Positions 50,018 to 59,613 of a DNA stretch of 64,000 nt are shown here, one piece after another. The translations under genes were made by a program, and so were the position numbers. The notes under the pieces were generated by a model. The model was not told the DNA's origin, searched no databases, and saw only the letters and a list, made by a program, of their open reading frames with translations. The DNA comes from Nitrososphaerota archaeon (GTDB taxonomy: Archaea; Thermoproteota; Nitrososphaeria; Conexivisphaerales; UBA164), in NCBI GenBank assembly GCA_009903795.1, contig WYER01000019.1, positions 9,395-73,394 on the forward strand. Reading direction: 5' to 3'. Each line of letters starts with the position of its first letter. The stretch's first letter is position 1.

Positions 50018-50869
50018 TTACTTTATCAAAGACCTGATGACTGAAGCCTTTGATTCGCGATCAACGATTATGTCCTTAATCGTTTCATCGGTATAGACCC
50101 CTGCTTTTACAGCAACGCGCTTTGCCTTGTTGTACCTGTCAGCTATTACGAGGCTAAGGATTTCAGGATACGGCAGCTCAAGGGCGTAAGCCAGCTTGAA
50201 CGCTTTCTGATAGCTTTCAATAACATTGTTCTTGTAAGCTTCAACGTCTATCTTCAGGTCTTCCCCTTTAATCACAAGCCCATCAAAGTACGCAGCTTTT
50301 ATTGAAAGGCCAGACCTTATAGGCTTTATGCCGAGCTTTGAAAGCAGAGAAGCTAGCTTTTCGTTTATAACTTCTCCTTTTTTTGCAACTATTGTGTCCT
50401 TTGTAACAAAAACACTCCCGGTTTCTATCCTTGTGGGTATTTTAAGCTCCTTAAACTCGCTAAGAACAGGACCAGCCTGTAAGCCTGTGTTTCCCGCAGG
50501 AACTATAATGTCGTCTGTAGCGATATCGCCAGCCTTTGCTGGCAGGTAGACCTGGTTCTTCTCAAGAACAATGTTAAGCTCAAAAGGATCCATGTCAAAG
50601 AACATCAGCAAGCTTTGTCCTTTTATGAACTCTGAAAGTTTTTCATACTTTGTAGACTTTAAAGCCTTCTCTGCTATTTTGTTCTTTACTCCGAGAAAAA
50701 CTACTTGTCCTTTTAGCTTCTTTCTGAGCTCGCCTATCTGTATCGACCTTAACTTGTAAAGGTTTACAACAGCTACGTTTTTATGCGACTCAAGGTTCTT
50801 TTTAATCTTCTCCATTAGCTCTTTTTTCTTTGTAGGATAATCCTTCTTTCTTTGATAAGTGGTCATCAT
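50018..50869 (-). CDS. rpl10: 50S ribosomal protein L10 (P0/uL10)
   Basis: LRKKLK..KNK, AKAGDIATDDIIVPAGNTGLQAGP, IPTRI..G, LLSKLGIKP. Confidence 0.93.
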   Translation of the reverse strand: MMTTYQRKKDYPTKKKELMEKIKKNLESHKNVAVVNLYKLRSIQIGELRKKLKGQVVFLGVKNKIAEKALKSTKYEKLSEFIKGQSLLMFFDMDPFELNIVLEKNQVYLPAKAGDIATDDIIVPAGNTGLQAGPVLSEFKELKIPTRIETGSVFVTKDTIVAKKGEVINEKLASLLSKLGIKPIRSGLSIKAAYFDGLVIKGEDLKIDVEAYKNNVIESYQKAFKLAYALELPYPEILSLVIADRYNKAKRVAVKAGVYTDETIKDIIVDRESKASVIRSLIK

Positions 50870-50871
50870 TT

Positions 50872-51507
50872 TTACGCTACCTCTTCATAATTTGCTTTTA
50901 CAGGCACTCCCATGGTCAACTTAAACCCTACCTTGCTAATTGACTTTGGCGGAAGTTTTTTCTCAAGGTATTCTAAGAAAGCTTTAGCGTTCTTTATTAT
51001 GTCTTCTTTCTTCATGCTTTCAACTCCTATCTTTGCCTGGATGCCAAAGACGTTTCTGCCCCTTATCCTTGTGCTTCCCAAAAGCCTTTCAAATGCTGAG
51101 TTAAGAGCAGCTGCGTTAGGAATAGCTATAGGCATCTTGCCCCTAGGGGCAAGAATGGGGCCCAGGGCTTTACCTACCCTTGGCATCACAGAAGCCTCAG
51201 CTATAAAAGCGTAATTCTTTGAAGCCAATTTTTTAGCTTCCCTTTTGTTGCTAGCTAACCTGTCCAGGGCATCAGGCTCAATTAGTTTTATGTTCTGCTT
51301 TTTTGCCTGAAGCGCCGTTTCTCCTCCTGCTATTACAACTATTTCATCTGGGGACCTGAACTTAACTGGTAAATACACTATCTCGTTAAATGTTTGGGCC
51401 TTTACCCTGTTCTTGTTAAATGTTACTATGATGTCTACTGACTGTTCAAAATTCCTCTTTTTAGACTTCTGAATCGTTTGATCGTACAGTTCTTCTAGTG
51501 TGACCAA
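50872..51507 (-). CDS. rpl1: 50S ribosomal protein L1 (uL1)
   Basis: KRNFEQSVD, LGPILAPRGKMP, KLTMG. Confidence 0.93.
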   Translation of the reverse strand: MVTLEELYDQTIQKSKKRNFEQSVDIIVTFNKNRVKAQTFNEIVYLPVKFRSPDEIVVIAGGETALQAKKQNIKLIEPDALDRLASNKREAKKLASKNYAFIAEASVMPRVGKALGPILAPRGKMPIAIPNAAALNSAFERLLGSTRIRGRNVFGIQAKIGVESMKKEDIIKNAKAFLEYLEKKLPPKSISKVGFKLTMGVPVKANYEEVA

Positions 51508-51576
51508 TTCTAACGTAAACCCTCATGTTTTAGCAATAAATAAGCTTTTAGTGTAAACCAACTTAAGCGAACAGAT

Positions 51577-51876
51577 TTAAAAGGCTCCTGGAGACTCTTC
51601 TTTCGCCACTTTATCTTTCAGAAACCTTACAGTTACGTGGTGGTTCATACTCAAGTGCTTCTTTAGTTCTTCTTCATCAAACAGGGGCTTCTTACAGTTA
51701 GAACAGTAAACCCAGCCCATTTCTTTTAGCGCATTGAACAGGTCTTCAAAATTTACTTTTTTAAATCCATCGCAATAAAAATCCTTGTCGACGATCTTGT
51801 TGTGAAGCTTGCATAAACCTATGTTGGAATAAACTGGATGAACATAAAAGAAGATACAATCGTAACACCTTTTCAT
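51577..51876 (-). CDS. Small Cys/His-rich putative zinc-binding protein
   Basis: CYDC..C..H..C at the N-terminus and CSNC(x12)H..H C2H2-like motif; likely start at ATG 51876. Confidence 0.6.
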   Translation of the reverse strand: MKRCYDCIFFYVHPVYSNIGLCKLHNKIVDKDFYCDGFKKVNFEDLFNALKEMGWVYCSNCKKPLFDEEELKKHLSMNHHVTVRFLKDKVAKEESPGAF

Positions 51877-51969
51877 AATTTTACTAAATAAACAGATTAT
51901 ATAAACGTAGCACACAAAATAGCTTTGAAGGGTTGTTTGGCTAGAATTTATTTTTTTACTTCTTTAAAA

Positions 51970-53040
51970 TCAGATCGTTATCAGAGCCCTTGAAGATCTC
52001 GTAAGCCTTTTGGCCCTGTTTTTTAATATAACGTCATCCTCGATTCTGACGCCGAATTTTCCTTCAAGATAAATTCCAGGCTCAACAGTAAAAACCATAT
52101 TGTTTTCGATCTTTAGTGTGTTGTGGGAATCGAGAAAAGGCTGCTCATGAACCTCAAGGCCTATCCCGTGACCTGTTCTGTGCGTGAAGTTTGGTCCATA
52201 TCCTCTAGCTTCTATAACTGACCTTGCGGCTTTATCTATTTCTCTTGCCTCAACTCCTGGCTTTACAAATTTTATTGCAGCTTCTTGAGCCTTTTTTACG
52301 GTCTCATAAACCTCAAGGAATTTCGTTTCAACGCTGCCATAATAAACAGTTCTTGTTATGTCTGAAACGTAACCCTTGTACCTTGCGCCGTAATCAATTA
52401 TTATCGCGTCTCCTTTCCTTATTTTTCTTTTTCCAGTAATGTGGTGAGGCTCTGCTGAGTTTGGACCTGAAGCAACGATAGTTTCGAAAGCTAAACCATC
52501 TGCTCCATAGTACATCATATATTCGTTCAAAACTTGGGCCAGCTCAATTTCAGTTACACCTGAATATATTTCTTGAACAATTTTTTTGAAAGCTTTGTCA
52601 ACTATACTTGTTGCTTTCTTTATAAGCTCGACTTCCTCTTCGCTTTTAACAGCCCTGAGCTTTGACATTAAAGAAGATAGCAGATCAAACGAGTAGCCTT
52701 CAAGGTTTATCTGAATCCTTAAAGCATGAGAAGCAGACATTAAATCGTCTAGGAGCACGGTTCCTTTTTTGAGCCTTTTTGCTAATATTAAAAACGGATC
52801 TTCGCCATCCTTGTAGAGAATTTTTTCTACTGCTATGTTTTTTATGTCAGGGACGTATAACTCTGGCGCGAGGATAAATGGCTCATCATCTGCAGGTACT
52901 ATAAGGAAAAAAGGTCTTTCCATTGAAGCTAATGGCCAAACGCCTGTCAAATAAAAGAAGTTAGGGCCAGCATTAACTATAGCATAATCAGCAACACCTT
53001 TTAGAGCGTTTTGTAGCTTCTTTATTTTAAGCTCGCTCAT
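51970..53040 (-). CDS. pepQ: Xaa-Pro peptidase (M24B, prolidase)
   Basis: IDYGA..GYVSDITRT, HRTGHGIGLEVHE, FTVEPGIY, GVRIEDD. Confidence 0.9.
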   Translation of the reverse strand: MSELKIKKLQNALKGVADYAIVNAGPNFFYLTGVWPLASMERPFFLIVPADDEPFILAPELYVPDIKNIAVEKILYKDGEDPFLILAKRLKKGTVLLDDLMSASHALRIQINLEGYSFDLLSSLMSKLRAVKSEEEVELIKKATSIVDKAFKKIVQEIYSGVTEIELAQVLNEYMMYYGADGLAFETIVASGPNSAEPHHITGKRKIRKGDAIIIDYGARYKGYVSDITRTVYYGSVETKFLEVYETVKKAQEAAIKFVKPGVEAREIDKAARSVIEARGYGPNFTHRTGHGIGLEVHEQPFLDSHNTLKIENNMVFTVEPGIYLEGKFGVRIEDDVILKNRAKRLTRSSRALITI

Positions 53041-53113
53041 CTTAGATATAAATTTTTATGGGAATTATAAATTATTGTACGTTTCTTTGCATTAAATACT
53101 TAAGAGGCTATAA

Positions 53114-53665
53114 TTATTTGCTAAATTCATCAAAAACATGTTCAGATTTGAGCATTTGGAAAAGCTGCTCATGAATAACATCTCTGTTTGATTCTGTGAC
53201 TTCAATCTTAGCTTTGGCTGACTTTAAAACTTCCTTCATCAGATCGTGCGAAAAGGATCTGTGAACAACTGCTATTATAACCTTATCTGTTTTGAGCAAA
53301 TCTTCAACGGCTTTTTTAAAAGAACTACTAGAAAGCTCCATAGGTCCTATTTCATCTATTATTATTATTTTTGAATTTTCTATAGCTCTTTGAATGACTT
53401 TGGGCACAAATTGATCTATATTTTTTACCTTAACCCTATAACGGCCAAACTTTATGCCCTCGCCGTTTGTTGATGCTAATGTAACAGTATCGCCTGTCTT
53501 TACATCAACTAAAGAAAAACCTTTTCTTTCACCTTTATCTTTTATTTCTACAGAATAAAAACCGTCAACATCTATACCAGCATTTTTCAGCATTTTTGTC
53601 AATCTTATCAAAGCTGTCGTTTTTCCAATTCCAGGCACCCCAGTGATGACATAAACAGATGCCAT
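53114..53665 (-). CDS. Nucleoside-triphosphatase (THEP1 family)
   Basis: ITGVPGIGKTT, GERKGF, IIIDEIGPMEL. Confidence 0.9.
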   Translation of the reverse strand: MASVYVITGVPGIGKTTALIRLTKMLKNAGIDVDGFYSVEIKDKGERKGFSLVDVKTGDTVTLASTNGEGIKFGRYRVKVKNIDQFVPKVIQRAIENSKIIIIDEIGPMELSSSSFKKAVEDLLKTDKVIIAVVHRSFSHDLMKEVLKSAKAKIEVTESNRDVIHEQLFQMLKSEHVFDEFSK

Positions 53666-53672
53666 TAATTAT

Positions 53673-53979
53673 CTGACATCCTCCCCGCCTTAAAAGGCTA
53701 TTTCTTTAAGGCGGATCATAGGTTTGTGGTTTATCGCCTTCATCTTCATCTCTTCATAGCTAGTAGTTACCCACCGCTCCGTTCGTCCAGCGATAGACCA
53801 CGGGCTGTGCCTTCAGCCATTTACCCTATCCTCAAAGAACTCGGGGATATGTAGAATGTTTATTGCCCCGTTCAGATCATCGTTTATTACCTTCCCTGTG
53901 TGAGGACACTTAAACAAGCCTCTTTCAATCCTTCCGTCTTCGTGAATTTCCCACACAGGGCAATACTGCAGACTTTTGG
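53673..53979 (-). mobile_element. tnpB: 3' remnant of an IS200/IS605 tnpB element with right-end hairpin
   Basis: GRIERGLFKCPHTGKVINDDLNGAINIL; right end CCGCCTTAAAG...CCTTTTAAGGCGGGGAGGATGTCAG; shares GCGATAAACCAC.AACCTATGATC with the 28561-29259 copy. Confidence 0.85.
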
Positions 53980-54195
53980 GATATTGTAGTGGATAGCAAT
54001 TACAGGGGGATGGGGATTGGAGGTGCGCTAATAAAAAGGGTCGAGGAGTTTGCAGTTTCAAAAGGAGCCAAAATGATATTTCTTGACGTTAACTGGAGGA
54101 ACCTAAAGGCCATGAACATTTATGAAAAATTTGGCTACAGAAAAATTTCAGTTATAATGGCCAAAGGAGACATGAAAAATGGCATCAAAAGTTAA
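53980..54195 (+). pseudogene. 5'-truncated GNAT acetyltransferase
   Basis: DIVVDSNYRGMGIGGALI (motif A), LDV..N..A...YEKFGY; the N-terminal half is lost at the IS junction. Confidence 0.75.
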
Positions 54196-54313
54196 CCTAT
54201 GGGGGCTGGGCTTAATTGTTGCTGCAACAACAGATAAATTCTTCTATAATGATCTTAATAAAAGGCTTGATGAACTAAATTATGAGTTTGTTTCTTAAAA
54301 AGGCGTAAAGCCA

Positions 54314-54631
54314 ATGAAGGAACGCACTCATACTTTATTCACAACGCTTTTAAACTTTGGTCAGGATTACCTCAAACTTAGTCAGGTAATTTTTGAGGTC
54401 CCTGGCATAAGCGCAGAAATACAACATATTAAAAACCTCGAATCTAAATTATTTGTAAAGGCATGTGACAGCGGCGTCTTTATATTTTACTTTCTGATTA
54501 ATTTCGGCGGAGTATCAAAATCAACAGATGAAATAATACGCATGCTCGACAGCAGAAGCATAAAATTCAAGCTTAACGAAGATCTGTTGACGGCTGAAAA
54601 AAATGGTTCAAAAAGTTTTGAACAACCTTAG
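54314..54631 (+). CDS. Hypothetical protein, possibly a pseudogene fragment
   Basis: 105-aa ORF in a decayed region; no family recognised. Confidence 0.35.
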   Translation: MKERTHTLFTTLLNFGQDYLKLSQVIFEVPGISAEIQHIKNLESKLFVKACDSGVFIFYFLINFGGVSKSTDEIIRMLDSRSIKFKLNEDLLTAEKNGSKSFEQP

Positions 54632-54832
54632 GAACGTAGGGGCGCCATTATGTTTATTTTGTAACCACATTTGCAGAAGTACGAAGATACGGGGCAAGAT
54701 GAACTTTATTGCATTATAAACAATGCTATTACAGAGCACTGCTAAACCGCTTTCATGCCTTGTCTTCCATAAAATAGCAGCACCTAAAAGTGATTATAGT
54801 ATTACTTCAAAATTAATTATGATTTTTAGGAA

Positions 54833-54906
54833 TGGGCCCGGTGGGACTTGAACCCACGACCGCCCGGTTATGAGCCGGGCGCTCTGCCATCCTGAGCTAC
54901 GGGCCC
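54833..54906 (-). tRNA. tRNA-Ile2(CAT), the agmatidine-modified AUA decoder
   Basis: CAT anticodon in arm CCCGG-CT-CAT-AA-CCGGG; GGGCCCG acceptor stem matches archaeal Ile tRNAs rather than the initiator (AGCGGG). Confidence 0.85.
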
Positions 54907-54945
54907 TTTTATTTGGTTGTTATCTTTTGTTTTTAACTTTGTCGT

Positions 54946-55320
54946 TTATTTAATAAGAACTCCTGAAAGTGCACCATTTTTTGATGGCTTTGAAGTTATC
55001 CTAACCTTTCCCAATTCAGTTTCTACAATAGCTCCCTTAGTTATAACGCCTCTTCTTTCATAATCTCTGTTAGCAGGGTTTGAAATCACAGATATTATCT
55101 TTACGTTTTTTGTTCCTTCAGGAGTAGCAACATTTACCTTATCGGTTCTTACGACATAAGATATAAAGTTTCCACCCCTAACTCTCCTCTTCTTTATCAA
55201 AGGCGGCCCCACTTCAACTACACGAGGCTGTGCTTTCCTTTCTCTCCTTCTCCTACCCCTGTAAGCTTTCCTTTTTCCGCCTGTAACCTTTCTTTTGGTT
55301 AAATTTTCAATGTTGGGCAT
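54946..55320 (-). CDS. rps8e: 30S ribosomal protein S8e
   Basis: RKVTGGK, RVRGGN, NPANRDYERRGVITKGAIVETELG..RITSKP...G. Confidence 0.96.
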   Translation of the reverse strand: MPNIENLTKRKVTGGKRKAYRGRRRRERKAQPRVVEVGPPLIKKRRVRGGNFISYVVRTDKVNVATPEGTKNVKIISVISNPANRDYERRGVITKGAIVETELGKVRITSKPSKNGALSGVLIK

Positions 55321-55437
55321 TTGTCTTGCTTTCCTTTCATTTTATATAAATATAACTTTTTCTAGCAAAACTCTCGTGATAATTCAACAAACAACAAGAG
55401 TTTTGTTTTTATAAGGGAAGAATAGATTATTAAAACG

Positions 55438-56745
55438 ATGGGAAAAAATAATTTGCGAAGCTTCTTAAGTAGTCTTCAAGATAAAAAACTGCTTAAAGAT
55501 TTAGGTGAAGCCGAAACAAAATATGAAGTTGCGCTTTTTGAAAAAAATACAAACTCACCTATTAGATTAAGACCTAAGGGAAAAAATGGCTACATAGTAT
55601 CTAACCTTATAATATCAGAAGAAACTATGGCCATCGCTTTAGGAACAGATCCACAAAACGTTCACGATAAGTTCATTTCCTCTGTTGAATCACCAAAGAA
55701 AATTTCGCTTAATGAGACTGATTTAAAAGAATATGTTAAAATTTCAGATGAAAATATCCCAGCAGTATGGCACTTCGAAAATGACCTCGGTTACTACATT
55801 ACTTCTAGCATAGCTATAGCTCAGAGCCCTGATAAAAAAATATTAAACGCCAGCGTGCACAGGATAAGGCTGCTTGGAAATGAAAAAGGCGTTATAAGAA
55901 TGGTAGAAGGCAGACACCTTCATACCATTTGGAACATGTGGAAGAACGCGGGCAAAGACATGCCTGTAGCCATCGTTATAGGGGTTCACCCAGCTGTAGA
56001 GCTTGCAGCTGCTTATCAAGCTCCTTTGGGCACATTCGAAATGGATATTGCTAATTCTCTTGTTGATGGTCTAGAATTTTATAGAAGCCCTGAACACGGG
56101 TTGCCTATACCCGAAGCGGAATTTATCATTGAAGGATATGTAAGCAAAGATGAAAAGGATTATGACAGCATGGTGGAGATGCTTGGCAACTATGACCATA
56201 TAAGACAACAGCCTGTAATTAGGTTTGAAAAAATATACAGTAAAAACGAACCAATTTATTGGGATGTTTTGCCAGGAAGTACTGAGCACAGATGGCTCAT
56301 GGGTTTCCCCGTAGAAGCTAAACTGAACAAAGAAGTAAAAAGCTCTGTTCCATCGGTAAAAAAAGTTTATTTGACAGAAGGAGGTAGCAAATGGCTTCAT
56401 GCGGTCATTCAGATTAACAAAAAACTTGAAGGCGAGCCCGTTAACGCTATGATAGCGGCATTCGCTGCTCATCCTTCACTTAAGCTTGTAATAGTAGTTG
56501 ATGAGGATATAGATCCCAAAAACCCTGTTGATGTCGAAAGAGCTATAGCTACGCGTTTTCAGGCATCAAGGGGTTTGCTCGTTATCAAGAATGCCAAAGG
56601 TTCAAGCCTTGATCCTTCAAGCGATCAAGAAATGCTTCTGACTGACAAGCTTGGCATAGATGCCACGATACCTTTAAAAGCAAACAAAGATAGGTTTAGA
56701 GAAGCAAAAATACCTGGCGAATCAAAAAATGAACATAAAAGCTGA
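55438..56745 (+). CDS. UbiD-family decarboxylase, probable anhydromevalonate phosphate decarboxylase
   Basis: YITSSI, NASVHR, RMVEGRHL, GVHP, EFIIEG, EH..LMG, VVDEDID, KLGIDAT; coupled to DUF126. Confidence 0.85.
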   Translation: MGKNNLRSFLSSLQDKKLLKDLGEAETKYEVALFEKNTNSPIRLRPKGKNGYIVSNLIISEETMAIALGTDPQNVHDKFISSVESPKKISLNETDLKEYVKISDENIPAVWHFENDLGYYITSSIAIAQSPDKKILNASVHRIRLLGNEKGVIRMVEGRHLHTIWNMWKNAGKDMPVAIVIGVHPAVELAAAYQAPLGTFEMDIANSLVDGLEFYRSPEHGLPIPEAEFIIEGYVSKDEKDYDSMVEMLGNYDHIRQQPVIRFEKIYSKNEPIYWDVLPGSTEHRWLMGFPVEAKLNKEVKSSVPSVKKVYLTEGGSKWLHAVIQINKKLEGEPVNAMIAAFAAHPSLKLVIVVDEDIDPKNPVDVERAIATRFQASRGLLVIKNAKGSSLDPSSDQEMLLTDKLGIDATIPLKANKDRFREAKIPGESKNEHKS

Positions 56746-57133
56746 AGTAATAGTAGAAGGCCCATCAATGATAAGGTCTACGCTAAAAGTAATAGATAAA
56801 CCGATTTCGTTCCTTGGCATGGTTAATCCTAAGACGGGAATTTTAAAGGCTGATGATAATCCTATTGAAATAACGGGGGTTATTCTTTCTTTTCCTTATA
56901 TGATAGGTAGCACAGTAGCTCCGTACATAATTTACAGCCTCAAGAAAAATAAAAAGGCACCTTTAGCTATAATATGCTCATCAGTAAACGCGCTCCTTGC
57001 TTCAGGCTGTGCGATAAGCGATATACCGCTTTTAATAGTTTCACAAAGCGATTTTGAACTTCTTAAAAAATACAAAGAAAGAATAATAAAAGTAAACACA
57101 AAAAGCGGGGAGATCTTAATCGATGAGCAATAG
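56729..57133 (+). CDS. DUF126 / AcnX swivel domain, probable phosphomevalonate dehydratase small subunit
   Basis: PISFLGMVNPKTG, GSTVAPYIIYSLKKNKKAP, LLASGCAISDIP. Confidence 0.85.
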   Translation: MNIKAEVIVEGPSMIRSTLKVIDKPISFLGMVNPKTGILKADDNPIEITGVILSFPYMIGSTVAPYIIYSLKKNKKAPLAIICSSVNALLASGCAISDIPLLIVSQSDFELLKKYKERIIKVNTKSGEILIDEQ

Positions 57134-57911
57134 AATAGATCTCGAAGCTCTCTTATCGTTAATTTATGAAAGGTACAGAGTGACAAAACCTATCGAGCGC
57201 GAAGAAATTTTACCTTATGTAAAAGATGAAATGCTTGCTGAAGACGTTGTCAATTCATACCGGCACATCATCTCGGAAAAAAATTATTTAAAAAAAGGAA
57301 AGTTTTTAGTAGTCTCTGGAATCGATAAATCTGGTAAAGAAACTCAAACGATTTCGGGCGGCGGATGTGTTAAACCTTTAAGCAAATTTTTAACCGAAAA
57401 AGGTTACAGAGTTTATACCATAATGCAGCCTTCTTACGAAACAAGGCTGGGAGGGCTAATAAAATATTACCTTACTGAAAACAAAAAAACAATAAAGCTG
57501 GCATGGATACTTTGGAGCCTTGACAGGGCCCAGCACGCTGAAAACGTTATCAGATGGTTAGGTGAGGAAAAGAACATAGTTTTAGCAAAACGCTGGAGCG
57601 AAAGCAACGTAGTTTATCATGTAGCAAAAGGCATAAAGGCTGATGAAATAATTAGCTTTGAGAAAAACATACCAAAGCAGGATCTTACTCTGATACTCGA
57701 TATAAAGCCAGAAACTTCTTTAAAGCGTAATGCAAACCCTGATGCTTACGAAAACCTTGGCTTTCTTAAGCTTGTTTGGAAGAATTATATAAACTTAAAC
57801 AACTATTATCCTTATGGAGATAAAATATACATAGAAGGAGAAGATGATCCTTGCACTGTAAATTTTACCCTGCTTTCCGTTGTGAACGATTACCTTGAAC
57901 GCCAGGTTTGA
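57123..57911 (+). CDS. tmk: Thymidylate kinase with N-terminal extension
   Basis: VSGIDKSGKETQ P-loop, LDRAQH, KRWSESNVVY, QDLTLILDI, AYEN..FL. Confidence 0.82.
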   Translation: MSNRIDLEALLSLIYERYRVTKPIEREEILPYVKDEMLAEDVVNSYRHIISEKNYLKKGKFLVVSGIDKSGKETQTISGGGCVKPLSKFLTEKGYRVYTIMQPSYETRLGGLIKYYLTENKKTIKLAWILWSLDRAQHAENVIRWLGEEKNIVLAKRWSESNVVYHVAKGIKADEIISFEKNIPKQDLTLILDIKPETSLKRNANPDAYENLGFLKLVWKNYINLNNYYPYGDKIYIEGEDDPCTVNFTLLSVVNDYLERQV

Positions 57912-57923
57912 TTTTTAAAAACC

Positions 57924-58409
57924 TTATTCTTGTACCAAGTACTGAGAGAATTTTTTTAAATCTTCTATATGGTTTACACCTTTTGCTATTTCTCTGACCT
58001 TTTTTCTTAAGTTCAGGTCTATTGTAACGCCCCCATATGATAGCTTTTCTATAATAGACTTGGTAAGGCTTTCTCCTTTTTTATCATAATCGAGCATGAG
58101 TATTACTTTTTTATAAAATGAAAGTTCGGATGCAAGGTTTCCTGTACCTTTTCCGCTGCCGCAAAGCTGAAAAATCTTCCCCCTGTATCCAAGACTCTTG
58201 ATAGCTAGAAAATCTCTTTTTCCCTCAACTACAATGATTGTTTTTTCATCATTAATTTCAGAAAAAATTTTATGTAACGTAGTGGCAACTTTCCTTTTAT
58301 TTTCTATCTGCCATTTATTTATCTGCTTTCTATCTTTCAATGTGTTCTGTTTCCTTATTTTTATGATGTAATTGCTAATAAAATTTTTTCTTATAATCAT
58401 TACTCTCAC
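57924..58409 (-). CDS. Small stand-alone TOPRIM protein (RNase M5 / primase-like)
   Basis: IVVEGKRD, LMLDYDKKGE (DxD), HIEDL; true start may lie further downstream. Confidence 0.8.
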   Translation of the reverse strand: MRVMIIRKNFISNYIIKIRKQNTLKDRKQINKWQIENKRKVATTLHKIFSEINDEKTIIVVEGKRDFLAIKSLGYRGKIFQLCGSGKGTGNLASELSFYKKVILMLDYDKKGESLTKSIIEKLSYGGVTIDLNLRKKVREIAKGVNHIEDLKKFSQYLVQE

Positions 58410-58563
58410 AAGTACGCTCCTTTTATCGTACTTATCCGAAAATTGCTCAAAAGTGCTGCTAGCACGTGGATGAAATAATATTTGATAATAGATTGTGTTT
58501 AAAAATACAAAGAAGAATTTATTAATTGTTTTTGTAACAAATTAGACAAAACAGAAAAGGCGT

Positions 58564-59295
58564 ATGCACAATAAACTTTTGCCTACTTACATAAAGTTCG
58601 TGGAGGGCTATCCAGCCCTTTTAATATTTAACAGATACTTAGCTATAGCAGACCTTCACATAGGATACGAAATTTCAGAAAGAGAAAACGGTATTCATAT
58701 ACCAATACAGAAAGCGAGGTACGTAAAAAGAATAAAAGAACTTAAGGATCTTACGGGTGCTGAAGAGCTTATAATAGTTGGAGATGTAAAGGACAGCATA
58801 ATGATGCCTAATGCAGAAGAAATAAGCGAACTGATATCAATTTTTGAAGAAATTTCCAAGCTATTTAAGATAACCATTATACAGGGAAACCATGATGCAT
58901 ACATAGATAAAATTCTAAGGAATTTTGCCAGCTTTGCGGGGGCTGAGGGTATAGTTCTAAAAAATGGAAGGGCAAAAGTTGCGCTTGCTCACGGCCATGC
59001 AAGACCTTCTGATGAATGCATGAAAAGCAGCACGCTGATTCTTGCACATCTGCATTTTTACATAAAATATGAAAACAGCAAGTATCCGGTTTGGCTTGTT
59101 GGAAGAAAAAACAAAAAGACCATAATTCTAATGCCCCCGTTTAACGATCTGTTATCTGGATATTATGTAGAAGACGTTGAAGCAAAGGTGCCTTTTACCG
59201 ATTTTAAGCTTCAGGAGTTAAAAGTAATAACTCTGGATGGCTACGACTTAGGTACGCTGAAAAACCTTAAAAGCATAATAGAAGAAGCTGATTAA
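58564..59295 (+). CDS. Calcineurin-like metallophosphoesterase
   Basis: IADLHIGYE, GDVKD, GNHD, HGH, AHLH, MPPFN. Confidence 0.85.
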   Translation: MHNKLLPTYIKFVEGYPALLIFNRYLAIADLHIGYEISERENGIHIPIQKARYVKRIKELKDLTGAEELIIVGDVKDSIMMPNAEEISELISIFEEISKLFKITIIQGNHDAYIDKILRNFASFAGAEGIVLKNGRAKVALAHGHARPSDECMKSSTLILAHLHFYIKYENSKYPVWLVGRKNKKTIILMPPFNDLLSGYYVEDVEAKVPFTDFKLQELKVITLDGYDLGTLKNLKSIIEEAD

Positions 59296-59367
59296 AAATG
59301 CCAAGACTTTAAACAAGAGCTTTGCGAATCAAAATGCTTTTTAATACGTTGTTACCATGATTTTGAT

Positions 59368-59613
59368 ATGAATACAGATCAAATTTTGGGTGCAGCAATA
59401 ATGATTATAAGCATAATAGCTATAATTGTATATGGATATTTGATCTTCACGTATCCCCTGATAGTTTTGCAGATAACGGTTTTCCTTGTTATAGCTGTTA
59501 TTTTGGGCATCCTTGCATGGATAGGTTATACGCTTTTAATAACGCCTGCTCCTAAGCCCGTTGAAGAAACATCAGAAAGCAACAAACAAATTGAACAAAC
59601 AGAACAGAAATGA
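59368..59613 (+). CDS. Small two-TM membrane protein with a polar tail
   Basis: Two hydrophobic helices, AWIGYTLLITPAPKP, charged C-terminus; ATGA overlap with the next gene. Confidence 0.7.
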   Translation: MNTDQILGAAIMIISIIAIIVYGYLIFTYPLIVLQITVFLVIAVILGILAWIGYTLLITPAPKPVEETSESNKQIEQTEQK

